A program made the position numbers and the translations under genes. The notes under the pieces were generated by a model. It was given only the letters and a program-made list of their open reading frames with translations, searched no databases and had not been told where the DNA came from. Shown one piece after another: positions 9,693 through 18,889 of a stretch of DNA of 64,000 nt. Location of the stretch: assembly GCA_012719345.1 (NCBI GenBank), contig JAAYAN010000190.1, positions 10-64,009 of the forward strand, read 5' to 3'. How positions within the stretch are numbered: the first letter of the stretch is position 1; every line of letters starts with the position of its first letter. The stretch is from Ignavibacteria bacterium (lineage in GTDB: Bacteria > Bacteroidota > Ignavibacteria > Ignavibacteriales > Melioribacteraceae).

Positions 9693-10702
9693 CCCATAAA
9701 GTGTTTTAATTCTTCAATCTTGCCTAAAGCTTTTCCCGAAAGGATGGAATCTTCGGCAAGTGCAGCGCATTTAATTAAAGAGTTCTCGGCTCCTGCAGCA
9801 TATAAACCCATTGCGGCGTTTGCGGCAATTACATAAAAAAGAGGTGTTTTTCCTTTTTCGGTAAAGATTTTTGTAATTATTGCGGCGTTTTCAGCAGCGC
9901 TGTTCCCTTTTATTTGTTCTAATTCCACAAAAGGATAACCGAAAGTTTCGTTGTTAATTTTATAAATATTTGTTGATTTACCGTGGGAATATTCGCGTAC
10001 TATTGTGTTGCCGGTAAGTGTGATTTCATCAAATTTATTTTCTGTGCAGATAACTAAAACTTTTTCCATATCGAGATGGGGAAGAGCCATAGAAATTAAC
10101 TCTGCCGATGTATCGTTGAAAGTCCCGATAAGCTGGCGTTTTGTTCCTGCAGGATTTGTTAAAGGTCCCAGCATATTAAATACAGTGCGCATTGCAAGCT
10201 CTTTCCGCACTGGCATTACATATTTCATTGCAGGATGAAACAGAGGGGCAAACATAAAAGTAATACCAATTTCATTAAGACTTTTTTCTGCCTTTTCGGG
10301 AGAAAGCCCTATGTTTATTCCGAGCTCTGCCAAAACATCTGCGCTGCCGCTTTTGCTTGATATAGAGCGGTTTCCGTGTTTTGCTACTGTAAATCCGGCA
10401 CCGGCAACAACAAAAGAGGCTGCTGTTGAAATATTAATCGTTCCCGATTCGTCACCTCCTGTACCGCAAACATCAACAGCATTCGGGTCGGCACACTTTA
10501 TTTTTATGCTTTTATCCCGCATTGTTTTTACAAAGCCTGCAACTTCTTCTGCCGATTCGCCCTTGCTTTTTAAACCTATAAGCAGAGCAGCTATAAGCGA
10601 ATTGTTAACGGTTCCTTCCATAATCTGATTCATAATGGAAACAGACTCTTCAACCGTAAGATTTTCGCGGTTTATCACTTTCTCAATTTTTTTCTGTATC
10701 AT
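9689..10702 (-). CDS. trpD: Anthranilate phosphoribosyltransferase
   Basis: Contains VDVCGTGGD, KHGNRS and NPAG motifs. Confidence 0.9.
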   Translation of the reverse strand: MIQKKIEKVINRENLTVEESVSIMNQIMEGTVNNSLIAALLIGLKSKGESAEEVAGFVKTMRDKSIKIKCADPNAVDVCGTGGDESGTINISTAASFVVAGAGFTVAKHGNRSISSKSGSADVLAELGINIGLSPEKAEKSLNEIGITFMFAPLFHPAMKYVMPVRKELAMRTVFNMLGPLTNPAGTKRQLIGTFNDTSAELISMALPHLDMEKVLVICTENKFDEITLTGNTIVREYSHGKSTNIYKINNETFGYPFVELEQIKGNSAAENAAIITKIFTEKGKTPLFYVIAANAAMGLYAAGAENSLIKCAALAEDSILSGKALGKIEELKHFMG

Positions 10703-11268
10703 AATTCTACCCAGTTTTTTAATAAATTAACGCCTTGATCTGTTAAAATTGATTCGGGATGAAATTGAATCCCTTCAATGGGATATTCTTTGTGGCGTAT
10801 CCCCATAATAATTCCGTCAATGGTTTGACTTGTAACTTCGAAACATTCAGGAAGAGTATCTCTATCAACAATAAGCGAATGATATCTTCCAGCATCAAAT
10901 CCTTGCGGCACGTTTTTATAGATTGTTTTGTCGTCGTGATAAATTTTAGAAACTTTACCGTGCATTAAAGTCGGCGCGTTTATTATTTTGCCGCCAAAGC
11001 TGTATCCAATTCCCTGATGTCCCAAACAAACGCCAAGCAGCGGTATTTTCTTACCGAAAGTTTGAATTGCGATGAGTGAAGCTGCGGAATCTTCGGGTCT
11101 TCCCGGTCCGGGGGAAACAACAATTTTATCGGGATTGATTTTCTCTATCTCGTACTCGCTGGTTTTATCGTTCCTTTTTACAATAATATCGTTTGTAAAT
11201 TTGCCGATAAGCTGCACGAGATTAAACGTGAACGAATCGTAATTATCAATAACAAGAATCTTCATCAA
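10699..11268 (-). CDS. trpG: Anthranilate synthase component II (glutamine amidotransferase)
   Basis: Contains IDNYDSFT, the GVCLGHQ catalytic Cys, and the FHPES His/Glu. Confidence 0.9.
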   Translation of the reverse strand: MMKILVIDNYDSFTFNLVQLIGKFTNDIIVKRNDKTSEYEIEKINPDKIVVSPGPGRPEDSAASLIAIQTFGKKIPLLGVCLGHQGIGYSFGGKIINAPTLMHGKVSKIYHDDKTIYKNVPQGFDAGRYHSLIVDRDTLPECFEVTSQTIDGIIMGIRHKEYPIEGIQFHPESILTDQGVNLLKNWVEL

Positions 11269-12721
11269 TTACCTCCGCATATTTTAACGCGCTGACAAGT
11301 ACAGCGGATTTGTTTTCAATTTCTTTTAATTCAAGTTCCGGCTTGCTGTCGGCAACAATACCTGCACCTGCCTGCCAGTAAATTTTATTTCCTTTCGCGA
11401 ACAAAGTTCTGATTGCAATGCACATATCCAAATTTCCGCTGAAATCTATATAACCTACTGCTCCGGCATAAACATTTCTCCGGAGATTTTCGTAGCCGTT
11501 TAAAAGCTGCACGGCGCGTATTTTCGGCGCACCCGTAACAGTCCCGGCAGGGAAGCTTGCTTTCAGCGCGTCGATGCAATTCTTATCTGAAGAAAGCTTG
11601 CCTTCAACCCTTGATACAATGTGCATCACGTGCGAAAATTTTTGAAGGCGCATCTTCTCGGTAACTTTTACGGTGTCGTATTCGCAAACTCTGCCGAGGT
11701 CGTTGCGTGCAAGATCGACGAGCATAGTGTGTTCAGCCAGTTCTTTCGGGTCGCTGAGTAAATCTTTTTCAAGTTCCGCTTCGTGCTGCTCGTCGCGTCC
11801 GCGTTTTCTTGTACCGGCAATAGGCAAAATTGTAGCAACCTGATCTTTAACTTTCAGGAGGTCTTCCGGCGAAGTTCCAATTACGGTAAAATCATTTTCG
11901 AACTCGATAAAATACATATAAGGCGAAGGATTGATAATACGGAGAGCGCGGTAAACATTCAGCAAATCTCCGGAAAATTCAGTATTGAATCTTTTTGACA
12001 TCACGATTTGGAAGACGTCGCCTTCAAAAATATTCTGCTTGCATTTGTTTATATATTCGTAAAACTCTTCTCTGTTTTCTACCGGACTTATCGAATCAGC
12101 TTTAAAGTTGGATTGAAAATCAATAGGACGGTTAATTTCCTCTTTTATTTTCTTAATCTTTAGTTTCGCTTCTTCGTATTGCTCAGCCAAGTCGCGGAAA
12201 TTATCAACCTGCACGTGCGTTAAAATTAAAATCTGGTGTTTGAAATGGTCAAAAATTATGAGGGTGTTATAAATTCCGAAATATGAATCGGGCGTATCCA
12301 AATCGCATTTATCTGTGAATTTTATAACATTTTCAATCAGTCCGATGTTCTCGTACCCGAGATACCCGACAATTCCGCCTGAAAAATCGGGGATGCCTTC
12401 AATTTTCGGCTGGTTGAATTTTGCTATTTCCTCGCTGATATAATCGAATATGTTTTTCTTTATTTCGGTTTTTTGTCCCTTTTCAATTATTGTTAGATTT
12501 TCTCCCCGGTTATAAAAAACTTTCCGAGGGTTTTTCCCGATGAATGAATACCGGGCAAGTCTGCCGATTCCTTCAACCGATTCCAGCAGAAAGTGATTGC
12601 TGCCTTCGCTCCTGATTTTTAGGAATGCCAGTACCGGGGTTAAAAGGTCGGCGGTTATTCTTTCGAACACCGGTACAATGTTATGATTATGCGCGTAATT
12701 TTTAAATTCTTCTAATGTCAT
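11246..12721 (-). CDS. trpE: Anthranilate synthase component I
   Basis: Contains LLESV, chorismate-binding motifs (GTRKRG, AGAVGY, GAGIVADS). It is the first gene of the operon. Confidence 0.95.
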   Translation of the reverse strand: MTLEEFKNYAHNHNIVPVFERITADLLTPVLAFLKIRSEGSNHFLLESVEGIGRLARYSFIGKNPRKVFYNRGENLTIIEKGQKTEIKKNIFDYISEEIAKFNQPKIEGIPDFSGGIVGYLGYENIGLIENVIKFTDKCDLDTPDSYFGIYNTLIIFDHFKHQILILTHVQVDNFRDLAEQYEEAKLKIKKIKEEINRPIDFQSNFKADSISPVENREEFYEYINKCKQNIFEGDVFQIVMSKRFNTEFSGDLLNVYRALRIINPSPYMYFIEFENDFTVIGTSPEDLLKVKDQVATILPIAGTRKRGRDEQHEAELEKDLLSDPKELAEHTMLVDLARNDLGRVCEYDTVKVTEKMRLQKFSHVMHIVSRVEGKLSSDKNCIDALKASFPAGTVTGAPKIRAVQLLNGYENLRRNVYAGAVGYIDFSGNLDMCIAIRTLFAKGNKIYWQAGAGIVADSKPELELKEIENKSAVLVSALKYAEVIDEDSCY

Positions 12722-12742
12722 TTTTTCTCCTTTAAAACAAAA

Positions 12743-12772
12743 AACCCTTCTCAGTGATTACCAAGAAGGGTT
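12743..12772 (-). terminator. trp attenuator / intrinsic terminator hairpin
   Basis: On the minus strand: AACCCUUCU-[12 nt loop]-AGAAGGGUU followed by UUUUUUGUUUU. It lies ~20 nt upstream of the trpE ATG and its AGGAG RBS. Confidence 0.7.
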
Positions 12773-12798
12773 GCAATTTAAATCTTATTTACCTGTTT

Positions 12799-12876
12799 TC
12801 ACTGAGTTGAAATATTTGGATTGCGCCACCACCAAAGCCAGTTAACAGAATTATATTTTTTATTAGTCATTTTCAT
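12799..12876 (-). CDS. trpL: trp operon leader peptide (25 aa, 4 Trp codons)
   Basis: Hand translation of the minus strand gives MKMTNKKYNSVNWLWWWRNPNISTQ*. It is not in the ORF track (too short) and lies directly upstream of the terminator hairpin and trpE. Confidence 0.7.
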   Translation of the reverse strand: MKMTNKKYNSVNWLWWWRNPNISTQ

Positions 12877-12970
12877 AAGTGCACAAAAATAGAGAAAAGC
12901 TTATGCAATTGTCAAGAGAAAATTTTAATTTTATAAAAAATTGCACTGAAAAAATGCTGAGGTTAAGATA

Positions 12971-13044
12971 AACCTGATTTCCTGAAAATCAGTTTACCTA
13001 AAACCCTGAAACCCTGTTTTTCCTGAGAACTTAGAACCTGAAAC
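12971..13044. repeat. Degenerate CCTGAAA/CCCTAAA short-period repeat block A
   Basis: Sequence is aacctgatttcctgaaaatcagtttacctaaaaccctgaaaccctgtttttcctgagaacttagaacctgaaac. It shares the 13-mer cctaaaaccctga with block C. Confidence 0.6.
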
Positions 13045-13114
13045 AAAGAACGATATTTGTTATTGTGAAATGATAAAATAAAATATATATTTGAAATAAA
13101 AATGGTAATGGACT

Positions 13115-13342
13115 ATGATAGAACGAATAGAAATAAATCCGGATATATGCCACGGCAAACCGGTTATTAAAAATACCCGGGTACTGGTGAGCAATATACT
13201 TGCTGAGCTTGCCGACGGCTTAAAGATTGAAGAAATTAAAGAAAATTACCCGCAGATTAACGAAGACGATTTGATTGCCGCCCTTAGATTCGGCAGCTTA
13301 CTCGCTCAATTTGAAACAATAAATTTTGGTAAAGCTTCGTGA
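13115..13342 (+). CDS. DUF433-family protein (putative antitoxin)
   Basis: Contains PDICHGKPVIKNTRVLVSNIL..G..IEEI..YPQINEDDLIAALRF, which is typical of DUF433. It overlaps the next ORF by 4 nt. Confidence 0.75.
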   Translation: MIERIEINPDICHGKPVIKNTRVLVSNILAELADGLKIEEIKENYPQINEDDLIAALRFGSLLAQFETINFGKAS

Positions 13343-13689
13343 AATACTTTCTCGACGAAAACTTTCCTAAAAAAGCTTTGCAGATAATAGAAGCCAGATC
13401 AGAAGTTGTAACTGATATTAGGGGCAGCGGGAAAGAGGGTTTGAAAGACAATGTAATATTTGAATTAGCCCAAGAAGAAAAAGCTTTGTTTTGCACTACA
13501 GACAGGGATTTCTTAACTCAGGTGCATTTTGTAAGAAGACCTCACTGCGGAATACTTGTAATTGCTTTATCAAATCCAAATGCCAGATTGATTTTAGAAA
13601 AATTTAACTGGTTTATTGATAATTTCTCTGAAGCTAACATCAGCGAAAAATGTTTTTATATAACAGATAATAATTGCAAGATATTTTAA
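13339..13689 (+). CDS. DUF5615-family PIN-like protein (putative toxin)
   Basis: The pattern FLDENFP...TDIRGSG..GLKDNVIFELA..E.ALFCTTDRDF matches DUF5615/Mut7-C-like proteins that pair with DUF433. Confidence 0.7.
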   Translation: MKYFLDENFPKKALQIIEARSEVVTDIRGSGKEGLKDNVIFELAQEEKALFCTTDRDFLTQVHFVRRPHCGILVIALSNPNARLILEKFNWFIDNFSEANISEKCFYITDNNCKIF

Positions 13690-13759
13690 GAATTTCTGCA
13701 GGGCAGAAAGAAGTTTACAAAAAAACAGATTAAAATTAAGATTCGAGAGTAAGAAAATA

Positions 13760-13811
13760 CCTAATAATCTGATTGCCTGAAACCCTAATTCCCTAAACTC
13801 CTAAATTCCTC
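13760..13811. repeat. Degenerate CCTGAAA/CCCTAAA short-period repeat block B
   Basis: Sequence is cctaataatctgattgcctgaaaccctaattccctaaactcctaaattcctc, preceded by gagagtaagaaaa. Confidence 0.6.
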
Positions 13812-13900
13812 TATTTTCAAAAGTTTTAAAAAAGAATTTTAGTTTATACTTTTTTAAAAGTTACCAAAATCTTATTTTAGCATATTAAAACTGGTTTATC

Positions 13901-14821
13901 ATGCTCGAAATTAAAAATCTTACTAAAAAATTCGGAATTATTACAGCCTTAAACGAGATATCTTTATCCATTAATCGCGGGGAGTTTTTCGGACTTTTAG
14001 GTCCCAACGGTGCAGGAAAAAGCACGCTGATGGACTTGATAATCGGGTATAGTTTTCCTGATTCGGGGCATATAATTTTAGAAGACGAAACTATTCTTTT
14101 CAACAACATCGAAATAAAAAAGAAAATAGGCTACGTCCCTCAGGAAATTTCTTTATACAAGGATTTCACAGCATTTCAGAATCTTGAAATATTCGGAAGG
14201 TTTTTCGGATTAAAAGGAAATGTACTTAAATCGAGAATAAATGAAGTTCTTGAACTTGTTCAGCTTGAAACAAGGGCAAAAAGCAAAGTTGAGGAATTTT
14301 CGGGCGGAATGAAACGCAGATTAAATCTTGCCGCAAGTATATTGCATAATCCGGGATTGATTTTATGCGATGAGCCGACAGTAGGGGTCGATCCTCAAAG
14401 CCGGAACGCTATTTTCGAAATGTTGAAAAAGCTTAACAGCGAAGGCAAAACTATTATTTACACAACTCATTATATGGAAGAAGCCGAAAGACTCTGTTCG
14501 AAAATGGCGATAATTGATAACGGAAAAATTATTGCAGAAGGGAATCTTAAGGATTTGATAAACAAAGCCGGTAATAAAGAAAAAGTGAAAATTATAAAGA
14601 ATCGGGAGACAGAAAAATTCTGCAATGAATTTAAAGAAATGGGCATTTTTTCGGAAAACGAATATTATTACGAAATTCTTCCGGAAAAAAAATACGAAAG
14701 TCTTTCTGTGTTATTCGGCAGATTTGAAAATCTTGAAATTAAAAAAGGATACATCGAAATGCAGCGGCCTGCTCTGGAAGATGTATTTTTAACTTTAACA
14801 GGCAGGAGTTTACGGGATTGA
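13901..14821 (+). CDS. ABC transporter ATP-binding protein
   Basis: Walker A GPNGAGKST, signature FSGGMKRR, Walker B LILCDEPT. Confidence 0.9.
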   Translation: MLEIKNLTKKFGIITALNEISLSINRGEFFGLLGPNGAGKSTLMDLIIGYSFPDSGHIILEDETILFNNIEIKKKIGYVPQEISLYKDFTAFQNLEIFGRFFGLKGNVLKSRINEVLELVQLETRAKSKVEEFSGGMKRRLNLAASILHNPGLILCDEPTVGVDPQSRNAIFEMLKKLNSEGKTIIYTTHYMEEAERLCSKMAIIDNGKIIAEGNLKDLINKAGNKEKVKIIKNRETEKFCNEFKEMGIFSENEYYYEILPEKKYESLSVLFGRFENLEIKKGYIEMQRPALEDVFLTLTGRSLRD

Positions 14822-16131
14822 AAAATGTTATTTTGTTAGTCTGGAAAAATTTCATGGCATTTACCAACGACCGTTCGGCTATGATTTTAACATTTATCGT
14901 GCCTGCTGTTCTTATCTTAATTTTTGGAACAATATTCGGCGGCGGCACCGAAAAGATGGGTAAAATACCGGTTATTTTTGTAAATAACGACAGCACTGAA
15001 GTATCGGAAATAATTGAAAAAAAACTGCAAAACACAAAAGAGATATCGCTTGTAAAAACTTTTTTTAACAACAGCAGAAAAACCGAAGAATATTATACCG
15101 AAAAAACTGCAATCGAACACATAAAACAGGGTAAAATTTCATCGGCTTTAATCATACCGGAAAATTCATTTTCCGATACATCTTCGGCGTTAAATTTTAA
15201 ATTCTATTTCGATCCGCGAAACGAAATTGAATATTCCATTTTACAGGGTACTTTGCAAAAAGCAATTATGGGTGAAATTCCTAATCTTGCCCCGGTATTA
15301 TTAAAACGAAAAGTAAAAGAAATTATAGGAACGGACAGCACAAATCAGTACTATAAATCAATTTCACAAATTACAGGACAGTATTTTAATGTTTCCCCCG
15401 ATTCAATTTTAGATGCTATGACATCCGAAGATTTCAACTTTTCTGATACAGACACATCATCAAACGCAAATATTATGGATGATTTTTTGAAGTTCGAAAC
15501 AATCCAGCTTGTTGGTGAAAACCTCGATAATCCTGGAGTAACCCGAATTGTAGGAGGCTTTGCGGTAATGTTTCTGCTGTTTTCGCTTTCCGGTATTATC
15601 AGCGCATTTTTTGAAGAGAAGAATTCCGGCTGTATAAAAAGACTGTTATGCAGTCCGGTTAAACGATCGCACATTTTATGGGGCAAATATTTCTTTTCGT
15701 TAATTATCGGAATAATTCAGCTTTTAGTTTTATTTTTAATTGCATGGGCAGCGTTTGATGTGGATGTATTTTCTAATTTCTTTAATCTGCTTATAGTAAT
15801 TGTTGTTTCGGCTGCTGCTGCTGTTGCTTTCGGAATGCTTATTACGGCTGTTTCGAAAACGCAGGATCAGGCAAGCGGACTATCGACATTGTTTATACTT
15901 ACGATGTCTGCCTTGGGAGGCGCCTGGTTTCCGGTTACGCTGCTTCCCGAATGGCTGCAGTCGCTGGCGCGGGTTACAATTACATATTGGTCTGTGGAAG
16001 CTTTTTTACAGGTGCTTTGGCGCAATTCAAGTTTCAGCGGAATAATGTTTAATGTGTTTATTCTTGCTTCGGCAACTTTTATTGTTAATTATTATTCATT
16101 TATCCGTTTCCGTAAAGGGAAAGTAATTTGA
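14818..16131 (+). CDS. ABC-2 type transporter permease
   Basis: It has an N-terminal TM, a large loop and a C-terminal multi-TM ABC-2 region. It is translationally coupled to the upstream ATPase. Confidence 0.75.
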   Translation: MKNVILLVWKNFMAFTNDRSAMILTFIVPAVLILIFGTIFGGGTEKMGKIPVIFVNNDSTEVSEIIEKKLQNTKEISLVKTFFNNSRKTEEYYTEKTAIEHIKQGKISSALIIPENSFSDTSSALNFKFYFDPRNEIEYSILQGTLQKAIMGEIPNLAPVLLKRKVKEIIGTDSTNQYYKSISQITGQYFNVSPDSILDAMTSEDFNFSDTDTSSNANIMDDFLKFETIQLVGENLDNPGVTRIVGGFAVMFLLFSLSGIISAFFEEKNSGCIKRLLCSPVKRSHILWGKYFFSLIIGIIQLLVLFLIAWAAFDVDVFSNFFNLLIVIVVSAAAAVAFGMLITAVSKTQDQASGLSTLFILTMSALGGAWFPVTLLPEWLQSLARVTITYWSVEAFLQVLWRNSSFSGIMFNVFILASATFIVNYYSFIRFRKGKVI

Positions 16132-16132
16132 A

Positions 16133-17071
16133 ATGAACATCATTGAAATTAAAAATCTCACAAAAGTATATCAAAAAAGATACAGTAAAAAGAAAATTAC
16201 AGCCTTAAATAATGTTAATCTCGAAATACCGAAGGGAATAATATTCGGACTTTTAGGACCTAACGGAGCAGGGAAAACCACCTTAATTAAAATACTTCTC
16301 GAAATTGCTTACCCGACTTCAGGACAGACTAAACTGTTCGATTCTGAAGAAAACAGGACTGAGATGAAAAAGTTTACAGGCTACCTACCCGAAAATCATA
16401 AATATCCGGCTTACTTAACCGGTGAAGCAGTTTTAAGGATTTTCGGACAGCTTGGAGGGTGCGATTATAAAAATATTAAAGCAAGAGTTTCGTATGTGCT
16501 CGATCTTGTTGATATGAAAAAATGGGCTGATACTAAAATAAAAAAATACTCAAAAGGAATGATGCAAAGATTAGGGCTTGCTCAAGCTTTAATGAACGAT
16601 CCCAAACTTATTTTTCTGGATGAACCTACGGACGGGATCGACCCGATTGGCAGAAGTGAAATACGCGAGATTCTAAAAAATCTAAAAAGCGAAGGTAAAA
16701 CGATTTTCCTGAACAGCCATTTATTATCGGAGGTCGAAATGATTTCGGACCGGGCTGCAATTTTAAATAAAGGCGAACTGGTTTGGGATGGAGCAGTAAG
16801 CGATCTTACAGAAAACAGCAAAATCGTTAGAATAAGCACAGATCAGAATATAAGTGATTCAGTATTACAGGAAATTCAAAAAAAATATGATATAAAAAAA
16901 TGCAGTCAAAACTGTTTATCAATAGCTCTATCCGAAATTAAAGATGTGAATTATGCAATTGATGAATTAAGGAAAAATAATATAAATATTATTTCGGTTA
17001 TTCCCGAAAAACAATCGCTGGAAGAAATGTTTATTTCGCTGATAAAAAATGCGGAGACAGAAATAAAATGA
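16133..17071 (+). CDS. ABC transporter ATP-binding protein
   Basis: Walker A GPNGAGKTT, signature YSKGMMQR, Walker B LIFLDEPT. Confidence 0.9.
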   Translation: MNIIEIKNLTKVYQKRYSKKKITALNNVNLEIPKGIIFGLLGPNGAGKTTLIKILLEIAYPTSGQTKLFDSEENRTEMKKFTGYLPENHKYPAYLTGEAVLRIFGQLGGCDYKNIKARVSYVLDLVDMKKWADTKIKKYSKGMMQRLGLAQALMNDPKLIFLDEPTDGIDPIGRSEIREILKNLKSEGKTIFLNSHLLSEVEMISDRAAILNKGELVWDGAVSDLTENSKIVRISTDQNISDSVLQEIQKKYDIKKCSQNCLSIALSEIKDVNYAIDELRKNNINIISVIPEKQSLEEMFISLIKNAETEIK

Positions 17072-17886
17072 AAAATATTTACTTAATTTCTATGTTTACG
17101 CTGCGCGAAGCATTTTCCCGAAAGATAATTATTACGTTTGCCGGAATATCAACATTTGTCCTGCTGCTATTTCTTGCGGTGTTTTTATCGTTCGATACAG
17201 GTGTTTTGGATTTTAAATTTTCCACTAACGGAATGGTGTATTCTCCCGGATATACTTTAGCAGAAAAAATACAAGCGCTGGTTTCCATTCCAATTTTTGG
17301 CGGAACGCTTTTATTATCAATATTTTCGGCATCGGGCTTTATACCGCATCTTCTCGAAAAAGGAAATATCGACTTGTTTTTATCTAAACCCGTAAAGCGC
17401 TACGAACTTTTAACCGGAAAGTTTTTCGGCGGAATACTAATGGTTTTCTTAAATATTGCTTATCTGGTTATCGGGTTATGGCTGCTTTCGGGAATTAAAT
17501 TCGGATATTGGAATTTTAGTTTTCTATTAACAATACCGATTACAACTTTTGCGTTTTCGGTATTGTATGCACTTATGATTTTAACCGGAATAATTACGCA
17601 AAGTTCTTTGCTTGCTATGATGCTTACATATCTTATATATTTTGTTTTATCGCCCGTATTGGCTTTGCGGGAACAGATAGCATTTATTACAGGCAGCAGT
17701 TTTTTAGAAAACTTTTTAAATATGATGTTCTACATTACGCCAAGAATTACCGAACTTGCCGACCAAAACGCAAGAATTGCCGAAAAATTACCGGTTGATA
17801 ACTGGGAAGCTTTTATAAATTGCGGAATTTTCGGGGTTGTTGTTTACGGAATATCGGTGTATATTTTTAATAAGAAAGATTTTTAG
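17068..17886 (+). CDS. ABC-2 family permease subunit
   Basis: It is a six-TM hydrophobic protein that overlaps the upstream ATPase gene by 4 nt. Confidence 0.65.
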   Translation: MKNIYLISMFTLREAFSRKIIITFAGISTFVLLLFLAVFLSFDTGVLDFKFSTNGMVYSPGYTLAEKIQALVSIPIFGGTLLLSIFSASGFIPHLLEKGNIDLFLSKPVKRYELLTGKFFGGILMVFLNIAYLVIGLWLLSGIKFGYWNFSFLLTIPITTFAFSVLYALMILTGIITQSSLLAMMLTYLIYFVLSPVLALREQIAFITGSSFLENFLNMMFYITPRITELADQNARIAEKLPVDNWEAFINCGIFGVVVYGISVYIFNKKDF

Positions 17887-17937
17887 TTCATAAGAAAATA
17901 AATTTATATAGTAATAAAAGTTAAATAAGGTTGAAAA

Positions 17938-18873
17938 ATGCCAGAAGAAAAACTTAGGCTCGAAGATCTGCTGGGATCTCTTAAACAAAACGAAGATACC
18001 GAACTTATCAATAAAGTAGCTATTATTGGCGCCGGAATTATGGGGCAGGGAATAGCACAGACTATTGCCGCCGCCGGATATGATGTTATTATTGTTGAAA
18101 GGGACGAACGGTATTTAAATTTTGCCCAGGAAAAACTTAAAGAATCGATGGAGCACGAAATTGCCCGCTGGGCTATGACAAAAAGTGAAATGCGTGCTAT
18201 TTTAAGCCGGCTTGTATGGACAGTCAGGCTTGAAGAAGCACGAGAATGCGACGTTATAATAGAAGCTATGGCGGAAAACTACGAGCTTAAAAAGATGATT
18301 TTTATTGAACTCGATCAGATGGTTAAGCACGAAACGATTCTTGTATCAAACACTTCCACTTTAAGCCTTTCAAAAATTGCCGAACTTACAAAAAGAGCCG
18401 ATAAAATTGTAGGTATGCACTTTCTCAGTCCCGTACCTAAAGTACCTTTGGTAGAATTAATCCGAGGGCTTCGTACTTCGGATAAAACAATGGAAGTGAT
18501 GAAGAATTTTGCTAAAAAAATAGGCAAAACAGCTATTGAAGTTTACGAGTATCCGGGATTTGTTACAACAAGAGCAATTGTACCTTTATTAAATGAATGT
18601 ATGTATATTCTTTTAGAAGGAGTTGCAACTGCCGGAGATATTGATAAAGCAATGAAACTCGGGTTTAATTTCGGAATGGGTCCGCTTGAGATGGCGGATT
18701 CGATGGGTTTGGATGAAGTTCTAATGTGGATGGAAACTTTATGGACAACGCTCGGAGAACCGAGATACCGTCCTTGTCCCATTTTAAGAAAGCTTGTAAG
18801 AGAGCAAAAGTTAGGGAAAAAATCGGGTGAAGGATTTTTTAAATATGCAGCTGACGGTAAAAAAATAAGTTAG
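17938..18873 (+). CDS. hbd: 3-hydroxyacyl-/3-hydroxybutyryl-CoA dehydrogenase
   Basis: Contains the Rossmann motif IIGAGIMGQGIA, plus NTS and the GFVTTR-type region and the C-terminal domain GPLEMAD. Confidence 0.85.
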   Translation: MPEEKLRLEDLLGSLKQNEDTELINKVAIIGAGIMGQGIAQTIAAAGYDVIIVERDERYLNFAQEKLKESMEHEIARWAMTKSEMRAILSRLVWTVRLEEARECDVIIEAMAENYELKKMIFIELDQMVKHETILVSNTSTLSLSKIAELTKRADKIVGMHFLSPVPKVPLVELIRGLRTSDKTMEVMKNFAKKIGKTAIEVYEYPGFVTTRAIVPLLNECMYILLEGVATAGDIDKAMKLGFNFGMGPLEMADSMGLDEVLMWMETLWTTLGEPRYRPCPILRKLVREQKLGKKSGEGFFKYAADGKKIS

Positions 18874-18889
18874 AAAAATCGGGGTAGAA

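Noticed and set aside
12971-13811. CCCTAAA/CCTGAAA repeats considered as a CRISPR array or as telomere-like repeats
   Set aside because: The units are only ~7-9 nt, degenerate, and have no regular repeat-spacer structure, and no cas genes are present. The resemblance to the CCCTAAA telomere unit is partial and non-tandem, in an apparently ordinary bacterial chromosome context.
13901-17886. Two consecutive ABC-2 ATPase/permease pairs considered as a novel system
   Set aside because: The architecture is the ordinary ABC-2 exporter type (two ATPase-permease pairs in tandem). Nothing in the sequence distinguishes it from common efflux or gliding-associated transporters.
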